Below are positions 41,691 through 56,071 of a DNA stretch of 64,000 bases, piece after piece. Location of the stretch: NCBI GenBank assembly GCA_951406725.2, contig OX597818.1:104408001-104472000 (forward strand), given 5' to 3'. The notes under the pieces are model-generated. The model did no database searches and was not told the DNA's origin. It saw only the letters and a list, made by a program, of their open reading frames with translations. Made by a program: the position numbers and the translations under genes. Source of the DNA: Octopus vulgaris. Its lineage: Eukaryota. Position 1 is the stretch's first letter. The number at the start of each line of letters is the position of its first letter.

Positions 41691-41794
41691 ATTTTTATTG
41701 GCCAACGGTGGATATTTTATAATGGCTTTCTATTTGCAGAAGACACTTAGTTTCCTGTATACATTCTATACTTTTATACTTTTTGATTTAACTG

Positions 41795-42168
41795 AGGAGG
41801 AGCAATGGCCCAGTAGTTTAGGGCAGTGAACACGCGGTCGTCGGATCGCGGTTTCGATTCCTATACCAGGCGTTGTGAGTGTTTATTGAGCGAAAACATC
41901 TAAAGCTCCGCGAGGCTCCGGAAGGAGGAGGTGGTGTACTCTTTCACCACAACATTCTCTCACTCTTTCTTCGTATTTCTGTTGTACCTCTATTTCAACA
42001 GGCCAGCCATGTCATACACTGTGTCACATTGAATATCCCCGAGAACTACGTTAAGGGTAGACGTGTCTGTGGAGTGCTCAGCCACTTCCACGTTAATTTC
42101 ACGAGCAGGCTGTTCCGTTGATCGGATCAACTTGAACCCTCGCCATCGTAACCGACGGAATGCCGCGA
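41795..42168 (+). mobile_element. SINE family C
   Basis: gcaatggcccagtagtttagggcag...ggtttcgattcc...gtttattgagcgaaaaca, shared with the 21234 and 61388 copies. Confidence 0.88.
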
Positions 42169-42179
42169 CTTTTTAGAAG

Positions 42180-42520
42180 TACTTTTACTTGTTTTAATCT
42201 TTTGACAGCGGACATGCTGGAGCACTACCTTTGGTCGAAGAAATATACCCCAGAACTTATCCTTTGTAAGCCTAGTACCTATTCTATCGGCCTGTTTTGT
42301 TGAAACTCTAGGATACGGGAAAATAAATACACCAGAATCTGTTGTCGAGCAATGGTGGGGGGACAAACAGACACACAACTACATACATACCTATATATAT
42401 ATATATAGGCCTTATTCGGCCAGAGGCTATAGTAGAAGACACTTGCCCAAGGTACCACGTGGTGGGACTGAACCCAGAACCAAGTTATTGGGAAGCAAGC
42501 TCCTTACCACATAGCCAATC
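42180..42520 (-). mobile_element. SINE family B
   Basis: catgctggagcac...gtaagcctagtac...tatagtagaagacacttgcccaagg. Confidence 0.85.
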
Positions 42521-42589
42521 ACAAATCATATTTTCGAGGATGGATTCAAAATGCGTCCATTTTTTTTATGTCTCCAGTTAACCCCCATA

Positions 42590-45205
42590 GGTCATTTAGC
42601 AAACGATTCACAATCTTATAATATATAACTGCGACGACATTACTTTTTCATTTGTTCCTGTATTAATATGAAACGTCTGTCATATTTTGTCGATAACATT
42701 ATATCCATGTGCTCTACTCTGGCTAGTTCGTTAATGTTGAACTATTTGAAAGTGTCTGTTTCTTGAATTAATATAACGTATATTTTCTATATTCGGATGC
42801 TATATGCTAATCAAATACATTCTGTAGATCCGTGTAATATTGTGGCAGTACTTCTGTTCATTTATTAATAACTTCAAATCATCCTTAGAGACAAGAAGGT
42901 TATTTATCCTCCCGTATCATTTATATCCAAGTTCTGTATGTTGTAACATGTGAGTAAAAAGTTGTTAGTGTTAGGTAAAAAAAATGCTTGTGGAGTGATG
43001 ATGTTCCCTTGGAATATACTTCGTTTAATACAGAAATGGATATTTTATATGCCTGTTTGATCAGTATATGGAAAAATGCTTGCCTATTACATATGACATG
43101 TTTAACGTATCTTCTTATTATTGATGCTACTTTGCTTAGAGGATCCATGTGTGAAAAACATTAACAAAAGCCTTCAGGAAATCAATATATGCCATTTTCA
43201 GACCTGTCCTCTGTCTTGTACAGTCTTCCCTTAAGGTTTTGTTAATCAATAATTGATCTTTACAACATGATCCTTTGAAGCAATCCGTCTGTTCTGGAAA
43301 TTAGCTGGGGGGGGGGCTAGATATTTGCTTAAACACTGAAATTTTTTTTTCGTTTTATTTTATTAAGTTATAGAAGGTCGGTTTTAGGTATGTCTGCTGT
43401 TTCTTATGCCTTGTGGATTAAGTTGGTTTTAGCATTATGCCTGTTATGTGCTGCTTCCACTAACATGGTAATAAATATGATTATTAGTAAACATGTGTAC
43501 AGCTATATTCTAATGCGTTCATATACGCTGACACCTGGAGAAAAAGTTTCAGTGAAGTGACGACTCTCATGGAAGAAACGTTATCTTTATAGAGAAGGTG
43601 TGCAAAAACAGACACCAAGTTGAGCAATGAATGATAACATTGAACTGTAGTACACGTTCTTCTGCGTTGTTACGCTTAATAGTCTTCAGCCAGCGAACCC
43701 GTCGTTCATAAACCACAAAGAGCTGCAACCCTTAAATGTAAACAGCAATTAATAAATTCACAGGCGAGTGCAAGGCTTTGACAAGATGGTATTAAATAAT
43801 CAAAGGCAAAGTAACGATTATTAAAATAAGTGTGAGAACATTTTTAAGTTCACATATGAAATATTATAAACAGAACTCCGGAACATTATGATTTCTTGGT
43901 CATGTCATTTTTTGGGGGGTTTTTTTGTTCTTTTTTTTCCATATACCTTCCTGGCTAATTTTGGGGTTCATTTAACCTCAGAGGCGTCATATAAAACGCA
44001 TTCTTTTTGTTTTTAACAGTAACCGTCCGTAGCAATTCCTTGGATATTCATATTCATTCAGAAGTTTCTGATCTCTCTTGAAGTTTTTTCTCTTTTACTT
44101 TTACCTACTTCTTGAAGGCAAATGTTTCCTGGTGGAATCGAACTGTTTGCTTTGTTTAAGCAATCATTAACTTTTTTCATATTTAGGGATTCTTTGCGAA
44201 TGAGTGACCATCTCTAGTTTCAGAAGTTCTTCTATTTAACATACTTATCTTTTTCTGTAGAACTTGTTCCTTAATTATTTTTGTTTTGTTTTACATATGT
44301 GGCAATTGTTTCCTACTAATTTCATTGCAGAAATATATTTTTTTTTTCTTTTATAATACCATTCTTTTATAAAGCCTTCTTTTATAATACCATTATTGCT
44401 TGACATTTTCTCATGGTGTTTAATGTATCTCCTTACTATCTTATTCGTGGTTATTTCCAAGATTCCTGTGCAATGGAACCGCTGTCAGAAATTTTTTCAC
44501 ACTGAACCTATCTTATTGCCTGACCCTACGTTTTCTCTCTGTTCTTCGCTAATGGATTTATTACCCACTAATTGAACTGGATTGCCAGATAAAACTTGCA
44601 ACACATCTTTACCTCTCACGAAATAAGCTATTTTCAAAGATATTTACTGACAGAAGCTGGAATTAACCTTTTGTAGGCCTTTAGAAAAGCTTTTATGATT
44701 TCTTTCTTTTACTAAGAGTTTGTTGTTGCGTTAACATTGGAGAATAAGATTTTCTCCATAAGATAGATTTACTCTAAGTGAGCAAGTCAGACGTTCTTTC
44801 CGGTTTCAGCCATTTAGTATGTTATTAAATGTGTTTGGTAGCACCTTACTTGTCCCTAGTAAAAATGTCCACATAGGGATTGAGATTATATTTTTTACTG
44901 TTGCCTTGCAACAATTTTATTGTTATAGCCACTGAGCTACTTCTTGCATTAATGTAATATCTTACAGTTGTTTTCTTGCTGTATATCTAATGTTTTCATT
45001 TCTATCTACTTTGTAAATTAGTGATATTGTCACTTAATCTTAAATCGGGATTTCGAGAAATTCTCTCATAAAAGATGTATGACCGTGCATAGCTCTACGT
45101 ATTTCTAGTTATGATGACTTTAATTCAAATGAGAAAAAATAACGCCCAATAAACTACATAAAATAATTCAGTATGCATCTACGTTCAGTTGGCAGAAGAG
45201 TCCTA
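42590..45205 (-). mobile_element. Old R4/Dong-type LINE containing a decayed reverse transcriptase core (missed by the ORF track)
   Basis: Manual translation of ~43300-43140 gives PEQTDCFKGSCCKDQLLINKTLREDCTRQRTGLKMAYIDFLKAFVNVFHTWIL; then KRSIFQG (~43025) and INNLLVSKDDLKL (~42905-42870, the YMDD position). The 5' extent beyond ~43500 is less certain. Confidence 0.75.
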
Positions 45206-45218
45206 CCTGATATTATTA

Positions 45219-45263
<45 letters not shown>

Positions 45264-45264
<1 letters not shown>

Positions 45265-46192
45265 TTTTTTTTTTCTTCTTTCAAATTTTCTTCCATTTCT
45301 TGCCGAGTGTCTTCCCGACTCCTAGGGCAAAGAAACACATAGTGTATATTGGTAGGCCATTAAACCAAACTCAGTAGTTCGTTCATTTTTTTTTTTTTTT
45401 TTTTTAAGTTAAATTAAAATACATGAGCAGCAACAGTTCTCACATCGACAATGCTCTTCTCAATACGTGTGATGTACCAGTTAAGACAATCTTTTGCACT
45501 TCTTGCAGGGATGGTAAGCCAGGGATCATTCTCATATAATTTTCGGTTCCCTTCTTGATCATTCCTAGTGCTCCTACGATCACTGGTATTGTAATCGCCT
45601 TGAGATGCCACATTTTCTCAATTTCAATGAGCAGGTCTTTATATTTTCTGAGCTTGTCAAATTCTTTCGCCGAGATATTATGATCACAGGGGATGCTCAT
45701 GTCGATCAATAAGCAAACTTTATTGTTTTGGTCTTTCACAACAATATCTGGTTTATTGGCCTTGATGGTTCGGTCTGTATGTACTGGAAAGTCCCACAGA
45801 ATGGTTACATTTTCTCCTTCAGTTACAGCCTCAGAGTGGTGATTATACCACTTGTCGGCAGTTTTGATATTGTAATGCCGACTTATTAGCCAGTGGAGAT
45901 ATTGGCCAACTCTGTCGTGTCTTAATTTATACTCCACTGGTGCTAAGACTTTACATCCAGAGATTAGGTGGTCCACTGTTTCAATCATGTCGTTGCAGAA
46001 TCGGCATTTTGGGTCTGCTCCATTTTTCATCACATTGGCCTGGTAGTTCCGGGTTAATAGGCTTTGGTCTTGAGCAGCCAGGATGAAACCTTCGCTCTCT
46101 GCTTTTAGCCCTGAGCTCCGCAGCCACTGATGGGTTTGCTTCTGGTCAACATCAGCTTGTTTGCTGCGGGTCACATATTTGCCGTGCAGAGG

Positions 46193-46195
<3 letters not shown>
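45264..46195 (-). mobile_element. Young 5'-truncated R4/Dong-type LINE (CCHC plus RLE endonuclease) flanked by (TAA)n
   Basis: Uninterrupted ORF 45440-46174: AAQDQ, CRFC..ETVDHLISGC, RHD, ILWD, KPDIVV, IDMSIP, K..KY; (TTA)n at 45213-45263 and 46195-46258. Confidence 0.93.
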
Positions 46196-46258
<63 letters not shown>

Positions 46259-46262
<4 letters not shown>

Positions 46263-46515
46263 TAGTTTTATTTCTATAGCCTGCTTTCACTTCACTACCA
46301 AGTGCAGCTCTGTGTGCCTTGGGTATGTGCTGTGATTTGTTGTGATGCTTTGACGGTTACTGTATTGAAAGAGTTTTGCGTGGGATGTGTGCAGTACCCA
46401 GTAGTGCAATTTTCTGTATGTTATATGTGTTTGTAAGTCCTGATGTTTTTGTTATGTTTTTGTCTGAATATTTTTTTATCATACCTATTTCGCCTACTAT
46501 GATAGGAATTGTTTC
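46259..46515 (-). mobile_element. R4/Dong-type LINE 3' end, second subfamily
   Basis: ETIPIIVGEIGMIKK...NIQKIALLGTAHIPRKTLSIQ*, then a 3' UTR running into (TAA)n. Confidence 0.85.
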
Positions 46516-46585
46516 TTATTATTGCAGAAATAAATATTTTTTCTTTTATAATACCATTCTACGATCATTATTATTATTATTATTA

Positions 46586-46653
<68 letters not shown>

Positions 46654-46704
46654 ATTATTATTATTATTATTATTATCATTATTATTATTATCATTATTAT
46701 TATC

Positions 46705-48040
46705 ATTTTGCAAGGAAAACTCACAGCTTATTTTGCTGGGTATGATGGACAGTGTCATCTGTCCACAGGCAGCAAACTAAAATGACACTTGCTTGCTTGC
46801 CATGCTACAAGATCCCTGCGAAGAATTCTTGCAGTTCCATGCAATGCTAATTTTTGCAGTTATTCTACCTTCACATTTGCCCTGATCTTTTTCAGTTCTG
46901 TTGTTAGCTGAATGCTGATACTTCCAAGTGCGCCAATTACAATTGGTATCACGTCTATTCTCTTCATTGACAACAACCTTCGTTTTTCCCACTTCAAATC
47001 GTCATAGTTGTTATTTTTTTCTTCTTTCACATTGACCCTGTTGTCATCGACGCATGCTATGTCGATTATGATGCATGTTCTTCCACTTTTTTAATTCACC
47101 ACATCCGGTTTCCGATATCTGGTCGAGTGATCGTACTGGATCGTTTCATCCCACAGGATTTTGCAATTCTCATTTTCGGTGACTTCTTCTGGAGTTTGCT
47201 CACAGCACGTCTTTGTCCTTTGTTGTCTGTGATTTCCACAGAGTTCCCAAAGGATCATTCTTGCCACATTGTCATGGCGTCTATTTTTTATTACCGTTGT
47301 ACCAATTTCGGGCATTTGCTAACGATGTGCTATACCGTTTCGCCTCTCTTACCACACATTCTGCATTTCCCGCTATCAGTAGTGTTGTCTATTCTACACT
47401 TCATATTGTTGGTCCTTAATTGCTTGCTCTTGAGCTGCGCATATGAGCGTTTCTGTTTATGTCCAGGCCATTCCTCTTCATCCATAGCCACCGGTCCTAT
47501 GTATCTGTCTACATGTTCACATCTCTTGCTAACTGACCGTACAATTTTTCCTTCCATGCTTTTTCTCTTTTTTGCATATTTTTTTTGTTCATTTCTCCTT
47601 ATATTTTTTCTTTCATTACACAAATTTTAGTTTTGATGACGCCAGCCTTCTTCGTGGTTTTCAATAGTGGATCTACAGCATTTTTTATATACCACACTAA
47701 TCTGTTTTTTACTGCTTCGATACAGTCATGGCAAATGATGAAACCTCTCCTACCTTTCCTTCTGGACAAGTACAGTCTATCGGTGTTACTCTTAGGTTGG
47801 AAAGCTCCGTGTAGTGTCAACATTTTTCTGTTCTTGGTATCCATTTTCTTCTCTTCTCCCTATTCTTGCTATTTTATAATTCCCTCTCCATACCAACGTG
47901 ATGCCATCACCAACGTAATTTGTGATGCCATCACAAACGCCGTCCCAAAGCATTTTCCGCTAAATCTTAACTTGCGTGAAAGAGTGGCAAGAGTGTATGT
48001 GCCAAAAAACCCAAAACCAAAATATGAATCTTCTTCTTAA
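46705..48040 (-). mobile_element. Decayed R4/Dong-type LINE, third subfamily
   Basis: MDTKNRKMLTLHGAFQPKSNTDRLYLSRRKG, CRMCGKRGETV, RRHDNVA, KILWD, RKPD and IPIVIGALG pieces in shifting frames; runs into the TAA array at 46568-46703. Confidence 0.88.
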
Positions 48041-48771
48041 GGACAATATTTACATTTTTTACTATTTTAAATATGTACAAAACTATAACTGTTAGTCTCT
48101 CGCACAATAGAACTTACAAGCACATGACCGAAAAGGGCCGTAAAACACTCACTAGTCTTTACATTCAGCCTGAGCCTAAATTCATTTGAGATTCCCAAAT
48201 TGTTGTTGTGAAACAGGTGTACAAATAGAGAAAATTCAGTACACTTTTATTCATCACTTTCCTTTGTGTTATCTAGAACACTATTAGCTTCTGATGATAA
48301 AAGAAATAAGAAAACACTACATCATTGCTCTATAATCTTCCATATGCGACTATATTTCTCCCGTTGTTAAGGGCCGCTTACGATTAGGCGCATTTGATGA
48401 AATAGACACTCGGGTGTCAACTAAGGATGGCCATAACCATGCAAAATTTTGAATCATTGACTGATGACCTCTGCTGGTTTCCAACGAGACATCAACTGAT
48501 GATGTTCACATTTGAAATGCTAAAAGAACGGGAATGACATTTGGGTAGCGTATTTGTATTTTATGACGATGTTTGGCGCAAGTTTATTGAGATATTCTGC
48601 TAGATATTCCGAGAGATTGTGGTTGATTCTATCATTACTTTTTCTGAAGAAAGCGATCAGGCAAATTTTATTTCTTCCAAGGACAAAAATTAAAAATAAC
48701 TCTGCTGCACGCATTCTTCTTTTGCACGTTAAAACATATGCACGCACATACACACAGAATCGTATACATGG

Positions 48772-48807
<36 letters not shown>

Positions 48808-49385
48808 ATGGATGGATGGATGGATGGATGCTTATATATGTTGTATTGTGCTTTGATTATATACCTACCTGTTTGTATGTTTGCGGTGCTTTTGTGTAGC
48901 TGTAATATTTTCTGTGGGATTTATGCCTTAGCTTCATTGCATTTTCTGTTCCTCTTATTGAATTATTAGCTTAGTTCAACTGTAAACTAAATATTCGATG
49001 AAGCAAAGAAAAGGAGTCAGAGGCCTTCAATACAATAAGAGCGTAAGAAATATATTTGTGTATGCGTGAATATGTGATGTACGGGTATATATATGTGTGT
49101 GAATGTGTGTGTACGAACATATATGCTTATGTGTGTTTCTATGTTTGTATGTATGTATGTATATATGTATGTATGTGAATGTGCGTTTATTCTTGTATGC
49201 ATGTGTCTGTGTGTAAGTATAGAACTAGAATTAATTTAAAAGCAACAAATGTAAGAACTACATAAATAATATAGAGTAATGTGTGTGTGAGTGTGTGTAT
49301 GTGTCCGTGTCTGTGTGTGCAGTATGAATGTGTTTGTCGGCGTGTGCGTACAGAAAAAGCAATAACGATATGTATAAAAAATAGT

Positions 49386-49512
<127 letters not shown>

Positions 49513-50168
49513 GTAGATGAGATGAAGAAAATGTTTGCAAAAGCCGTTAATCCATTGCCAAGGGCTTACCAGCAAATGAATTGGTGAGCAGAAAATTAAA
49601 GAAAAACCTATGACAAGCACAACAACATGAATAACAACTACGAAAGACAAGAAAACATGATTTTCTTTTGCGTTACGGCAGATTTAATCTACAGTCCTTT
49701 GGTACCACGGGTCAAATGTGAAGAAATTCCAAGTTAGACAGAGAGAATACTATGTACAAAAGAGCTCGGAGTAAAATACATGTTCTCCCTTATGCTGGCA
49801 TTCAAGATTATATTACACCGTTATACATACATGCATACATACATACATACATACATACATACATACATACATACATACATACATACATACATACATACAT
49901 ACATACATACATACATACATGCATGCATGTATAGATATAGACTTCGTGCGTATATTCTTGGATGTATGCGATTATATTTGTATCCATGTATATGTAGTTA
50001 TGGAAGTAGTATTCTATACATATACATGCATATATGCATGCGAGCATGCGTAGATAAAAGGACAGAGAAATAAAGGCCTAGATATACGCATGGGATGCAG
50101 GCGCAAGTAGACGCTTACATACACACAATGACACGCAGACACACACATACATATATATATACATTTAC

Positions 50169-50216
<48 letters not shown>

Positions 50217-50311
50217 CTATATGTATGTATGTATTGCATTTATATGCTGTCAGAAGTCAGCATATGAATGCAAAATAGAAGAGAGAAAGAAAGAAAGAAA
50301 GCAAGATAGAC

Positions 50312-50418
<107 letters not shown>

Positions 50419-50591
50419 ATGGGAGATAGATAAATAGATAAATTTGTATGTTTGTATGCAATATTGTTCCCCATTTCAGTACATACATGTGTACATAGAC
50501 CTATACAGACTTTATTGGTAATTTGACTTCGTGGGAAACTCAGTTTTAAATAGAACATAACAGCATTCACTCACATACTCACATAGACCTA

Positions 50592-50643
<52 letters not shown>

Positions 50644-51003
50644 AACACACACACACGTATACTTTTACGTACATCGTTTGCTCAAAAAACACAACCATGA
50701 CACAAACATATTACATTCATACTTAGGCAAGTAGAAACATGTTTACATATTTTTGTGTGTGCGCGTGTGTATGTGCATGTGTGTGCGTGTGTGTAGTACG
50801 AAGTTGAGTATACTTCCATAAGCAGGAAGGACACTTCAAGAAAGAATACAAATACATATATTTCCATATGCATATGTATACACCTTTGTCCTTTGTAGTC
50901 AATGTTCTTTCATATGTGGACACACACATACACACACATATATATATATGCCATATATATATATATATATACATATATACATACATATACATATATATAC
51001 ATA

Positions 51004-51063
<60 letters not shown>

Positions 51064-51246
51064 ACAATACATATGTAAAGATATATATATAGATATATAT
51101 GTTTATGAATATATATATGTTTGCGTGTGTATGTATATATGTATGTGCGTGTGCATGTGCACGCGTATGTGTATGCGTGTGTATATATATATGTATGTGT
51201 GTATGTATACATATATGTCTGTCTATCTGTTTGTCTGTCTGTCTCC

Positions 51247-51282
<36 letters not shown>

Positions 51283-51405
51283 CTATCTATCTATCAATCA
51301 GACAGACGTGAGGACAGAGAAACAGACAGTCTGACAGACAGATAGATCGGTCGATCGATCAATAGACAGACAAATAGATCTATAGTTAGATAGATAGATA
51401 GATAT

Positions 51406-51482
<77 letters not shown>

Positions 51483-51667
51483 CAGATAGATAACGTAGCC
51501 CAAATGGAACGAGATGAGTTAGAGACGGATAGTTGAACAACGCGAGATTTTAGAAGAGGTAGACAAATATTCGGAAAGGTACTGGGAAATAAGTAAATAC
51601 GAAACAAAATTAGTAAGAAAAATTTGTGGCCAGTGAATTGTACGCCGTTGGGTGAAAGACACTTATT

Positions 51668-51730
51668 GTGGCGTATGTGTTGGCGTATGTGTTGGCGTAT
51701 ATGTTGGCGTATATGTTGGCCTATGTTGTA
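51668..51730. repeat. 12-bp tandem repeat x~5
   Basis: tggcgtatgtgt / tggcgtatatgt. Confidence 0.9.
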
Positions 51731-51873
51731 TGAATTAGCAAGCGTGAGAAATTGTGAAAGCAGGAGAGAGAGAAGGCGGAGGGGTAAATGGCGAAATGAT
51801 GAAATAGGAAAATAGGTGAGAAAATAATTGCTAATATATAGACTGACAGAGAAATAGATAGATAGATAGGTAG

Positions 51874-51954
<81 letters not shown>

Positions 51955-51955
<1 letters not shown>

Positions 51956-52010
51956 GTTTCTTTATTGGCCACACAGGGCTGCACACAGATGGGACAAGTT
52001 ACAAGGTGAC
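51955..52010 (-). mobile_element. Extreme 3' end (~55 bp) of the Tx1-like LINE inside (GATA)n
   Basis: gtttctttattggccacacagggctgcacacagatgggaca is nearly identical to 31559-31600. Confidence 0.85.
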
Positions 52011-52146
<136 letters not shown>

Positions 52147-52816
52147 TACTACAGAAAGATCGGTAAAGAGAAAAAAAGTGGAAGTCACAGAAGAAATGAG
52201 TGAGAGTTGAAGGAACGTAGAATAAACGCAAAAAAAAAGAGAAAAAATGGCAGAAAACAGAAAACTAAAACAAGATGAATACGAGAGGGAAAAACATCAT
52301 TGGTGATGTGCTGCAAGATAATTCTGTTGAAATAATGAAGCGATGCGAAAGAAGTGCAATGTGACAGACATAGTGGCAGATCAGGGGCCATAACCCAGAA
52401 AGGCCAGCTGCTGCTTGCTCTCAACTAAATTCTTATGATGGCGACTTGTGTATAATATTGTTTTGAACTATAGGCGTTATTGAGTTTGTTCAATGTCGCT
52501 TCCGTTTTCATTTGTGTTTTGCATTTTTATTATTAGATATATATTTTTGTTTTTGTGTTTTATAGAGGATAGAGTTAAAGACGTTGGGTTTTATTACCAT
52601 TTCTTTCTTTTTTTTTTTGTTTTTTCTTTTCTTATATTCATCTGGTTTTCTTTTGGTATTTAGTTTTTCTTTTCCTTGCATTTTTAGTTGTGGATATTAA
52701 GGTTGTTGTTATTATTCCTGTCGTTCTCGTGGTGTCTTTTTCCCCTTTTTACTTTTCTCATTAATCTTAATATTCTTATCCTTATTCTCCTTTCTTCTCC
52801 GTTTTCTTCTCTTTAT

Positions 52817-52848
<32 letters not shown>

Positions 52849-53994
52849 GAATAGTAATAGTACAACAAACGCTAATACTACAACCGCAAGAACTACTGCC
52901 GCTGCTGCTGTTGCTGCTATCGTTGTAATCTTGTAAACATTTCTACTTGTATTGGGAAAATATATATGTATAGAATAATACGTTGTGACAGCTTTAAGAT
53001 ATTACATCTTTCTTTACAGCAACGCAGTGTAGTGTGATATTACGTGATGTAACGTACTGGAGTGTAGCGATGTGTAGTGGAGTGGAGTGTAATGCTACGA
53101 AGTGCAGTACGATTTAATATTATGTAATGGAGTGCAGTCTAACATAACATAAATGAATACAGTGTAGCTAGCTTTATTGAATTGAAGACGACTGAAGCAT
53201 AGCATAAAGGTGTACGATGTAGTGTGGAGTTGCGGGTTTTTGTAGGGTAGTGGGCCGTGGTATGGTTTATCAGAGTACTGTTGTATAATGTACTGTTGTA
53301 ATTGTTGGGTGTAGTATTGCTTAGCTCCAGATCAGCTCAGATTGATTAGCTTTATAATTATTGGGCCTCCAGGCTTGGCTGCGTTCCTTGTTTCCCTTCC
53401 TTTCAAGAATTGCCTCTTTAGTGATATGTGCTGTAAGTGAACGTGTGAACCACACTCAAATCCAATACCAATGACATTAAGATGGCGATCATTCTGAATA
53501 ATGTATCCTAAGACTATATCTGAATAAAGATGAGTATTATTATAACATTACTGTTTTCGATTCTTCTGGCAGGGATGGGGGATAAGGGCTTATGAAGTAG
53601 TATATTCTGAAATAATTTATTCTGAGACAACTTACGTGCGAAAAGAGGAAACGGTTCTGGACAGAAAGCCATCTATCATGGATCGGGATTTATTAGGATT
53701 GCTTCACTGTAAACAATATCAACTCGGCCACACTATCTAAGCTAATAATCCTGTACAGAATGAATTTTATTCCAAGTACCTATACGGACTGAGACATGTT
53801 AAATATATATGTTGCCAAGTAAACAATTAAACAATGAGAGGCTTGAAATGAATTTGAAATCAATATGTATGAATTGATAATCCTATGTCAAAAGAGTTCC
53901 TCGACTATTACTTTCTTGTAGTTTAATGTCAGAAAAGGTAGAGACTCAACTGCACAGCCATGACTTTTTAAGTGGTAAATATTTCTAAACACTG

Positions 53995-54401
53995 AGGTTG
54001 GCAAACTGGAAGAATCGTTAGCACACCGGGGGGAAATGCTTAGCGATAGTTCGTCTGCCGCTACGTTTTGAGTTCAAATTCCGCCGAGGTCGACTTTGCC
54101 TTTCATCCTTTCGGGGTCGATTAAATAAGTACCAGTTACGCACTGGGGTCGATATAATCGACTTAATCCGTTTGTCTGTTCTTGTTTGTCCCCTCTGTGT
54201 GTAGCCCCTTGTGGGTAGTAAAGAAATAGGTATTTCGTCTGCCGCTACGTTCTGAGTTCAAATTCCGCCGAGGTCGACTTTGCCTTTCATCCTTTCGGGT
54301 TCGATTAAATAAGTACCAGTTACGCACTGGGGTCGATATAATCGACTTAATCCGTTTGTCTGTCCTTGTTTGTCCCCTCTGTGTTTAGCCCCTTGTGGGT
54401 A

Positions 54402-54403
<2 letters not shown>
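53995..54403 (+). mobile_element. SINE family A dimer (two core-tailA units)
   Basis: The unit ttcgtctgccgctacg...gtgggtagta occurs twice, with junction aaagaaata|ggtatttcgtctg at ~54228. Confidence 0.92.
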
Positions 54404-54463
<60 letters not shown>

Positions 54464-54467
54464 GTAC

Positions 54468-54503
<36 letters not shown>

Positions 54504-54874
54504 ATGTTTATATATATATATATATATATGGAAAGTGAGATATTGAGAGGGGTATCAATAGATTACAAATACAATCAGAAGAAAGAAACTCATAATAATG
54601 AATGAAACAAAGACATAAAGAATAAGTAATGTGAAACAACATGAAAAGCAATAAAAAGACGAGAACGGAACAAGAAGTGAATGAAGTACAAAGAAAAAGG
54701 ATAAATGAAAGAGACAGAAAGATATTTTATATCCCGATGATTCCTTTACAGATAGTTCTTATACCTAGTATCATCATCATCATCATTATTGCTATCATCA
54801 TTATTGCTATCATCATCAACGATATCTGCTATTAGTTTCAATGCTGATAGAGTCGTTGTCGTCCTGGTGTTGCG

Positions 54875-55340
54875 GTTAGACTGGCAGAAACGTGAGAACG
54901 ACAGACAAAAAGGAGTCTCGCTATTCCGTTGTTGTTCCTTACGTCGTGATTTCAAATCACGCCAAAACCAGATATGTCATTTATTCTTCCGGAATAGAGG
55001 AAATATACTACCTTGCATGTATTAAATTCCATAAAATAAACAATATCATTTTCTGAAAATTGTGCTTCCTCCGAATCAGGGCTAGTAGAATCAATAGCGC
55101 ATCGGACAAAATGCTAAGCAGCATTTCTTCTGAGTCTTCACGTTCTGATTTCAAATCCTGGCAAGGACATTTTAAAATCTTTTTCAGTGTCAGTTTGTTT
55201 GGGTTTTTTTTTTCAGGATCTATTTGTTTTTTGGGGGTTTTTTTCAGGGTAAAAAAAAGTACCAGTGAAGTACTGGGGACCATGTAATCTATAAATAATC
55301 AATTAACACTGTCCCCCTAAAACACCCTAAAATTATTGCT
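54875..55340 (+). mobile_element. Two degraded SINE family A copies
   Basis: actggcagaaacg...tgatttcaaatc (54880-54960) and gctagtagaatc...acgttctgatttcaaatcc...agtaccagt (55080-55300). Confidence 0.55.
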
Positions 55341-56071
55341 CATATTATTATTACTATTATTCAACATTTCGTAGTTTCAGGCAATAACAAGAACAGGCTG
55401 CCTTCGCGCGATAATTTGGGATCAAAGAGGGGAGATAATTTGATTAGTCATTCAGTAGAGTCTTGAAAACTCCATGTTGTTTTCTATGCGAAGTGCCTTG
55501 AAAGGCAAAGCATAATTTGAATGAAATATGTTAGATATGAGATTCCCTACAGACCCTTCTGGGTAAGAGCCTAAGGCGCAGTAATATGCTGAGTTTCATT
55601 TTTTATTCATTGTTATACATGGGATCATCAACTCCTGATAAAATCGTAGGGCAGCCTTTCCATATATACCATAGCTGATTTTATTCAGAAAGTCAGGGAG
55701 GCCATGAGAAGAATTACCCTTGATACGAGACTGGTTTGTTATTTATTGATTTCGGTTACCATTTGATATTTATCGATCTCATCTATTAGATTTACTATTA
55801 GATTACATAGATTTTATGTTAACACTCCTTATTCAAACACTGAAATGTAGAATTTTATTTTTCGCCGTTTTGAATATCAAATTTCAATAAATTCAAGTGT
55901 TTTAACTTTTGTAAAACATAATTTTATCAATATGTAGGGAAAAAAATAATCCTAATGTTCCGTGAATTCTTTGTTTAATAGTAGTGGTTTCTAACGTAGA
56001 ACTAGGCAATACAGGTCCCTGTTTACCACACACACGCTCACAGATTCACTAGATGGAATGTAATAAATATT

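Noticed and set aside
48460-48525. Two CTGATGA motifs
   Set aside because: No coherent stem II, GAAA and stem I arrangement follows either one.
49570-49607. Minus-strand micro-exon (catag|...ctg|gtaagc)
   Set aside because: Splice-like motifs alone, with no coding signal or partner exons.
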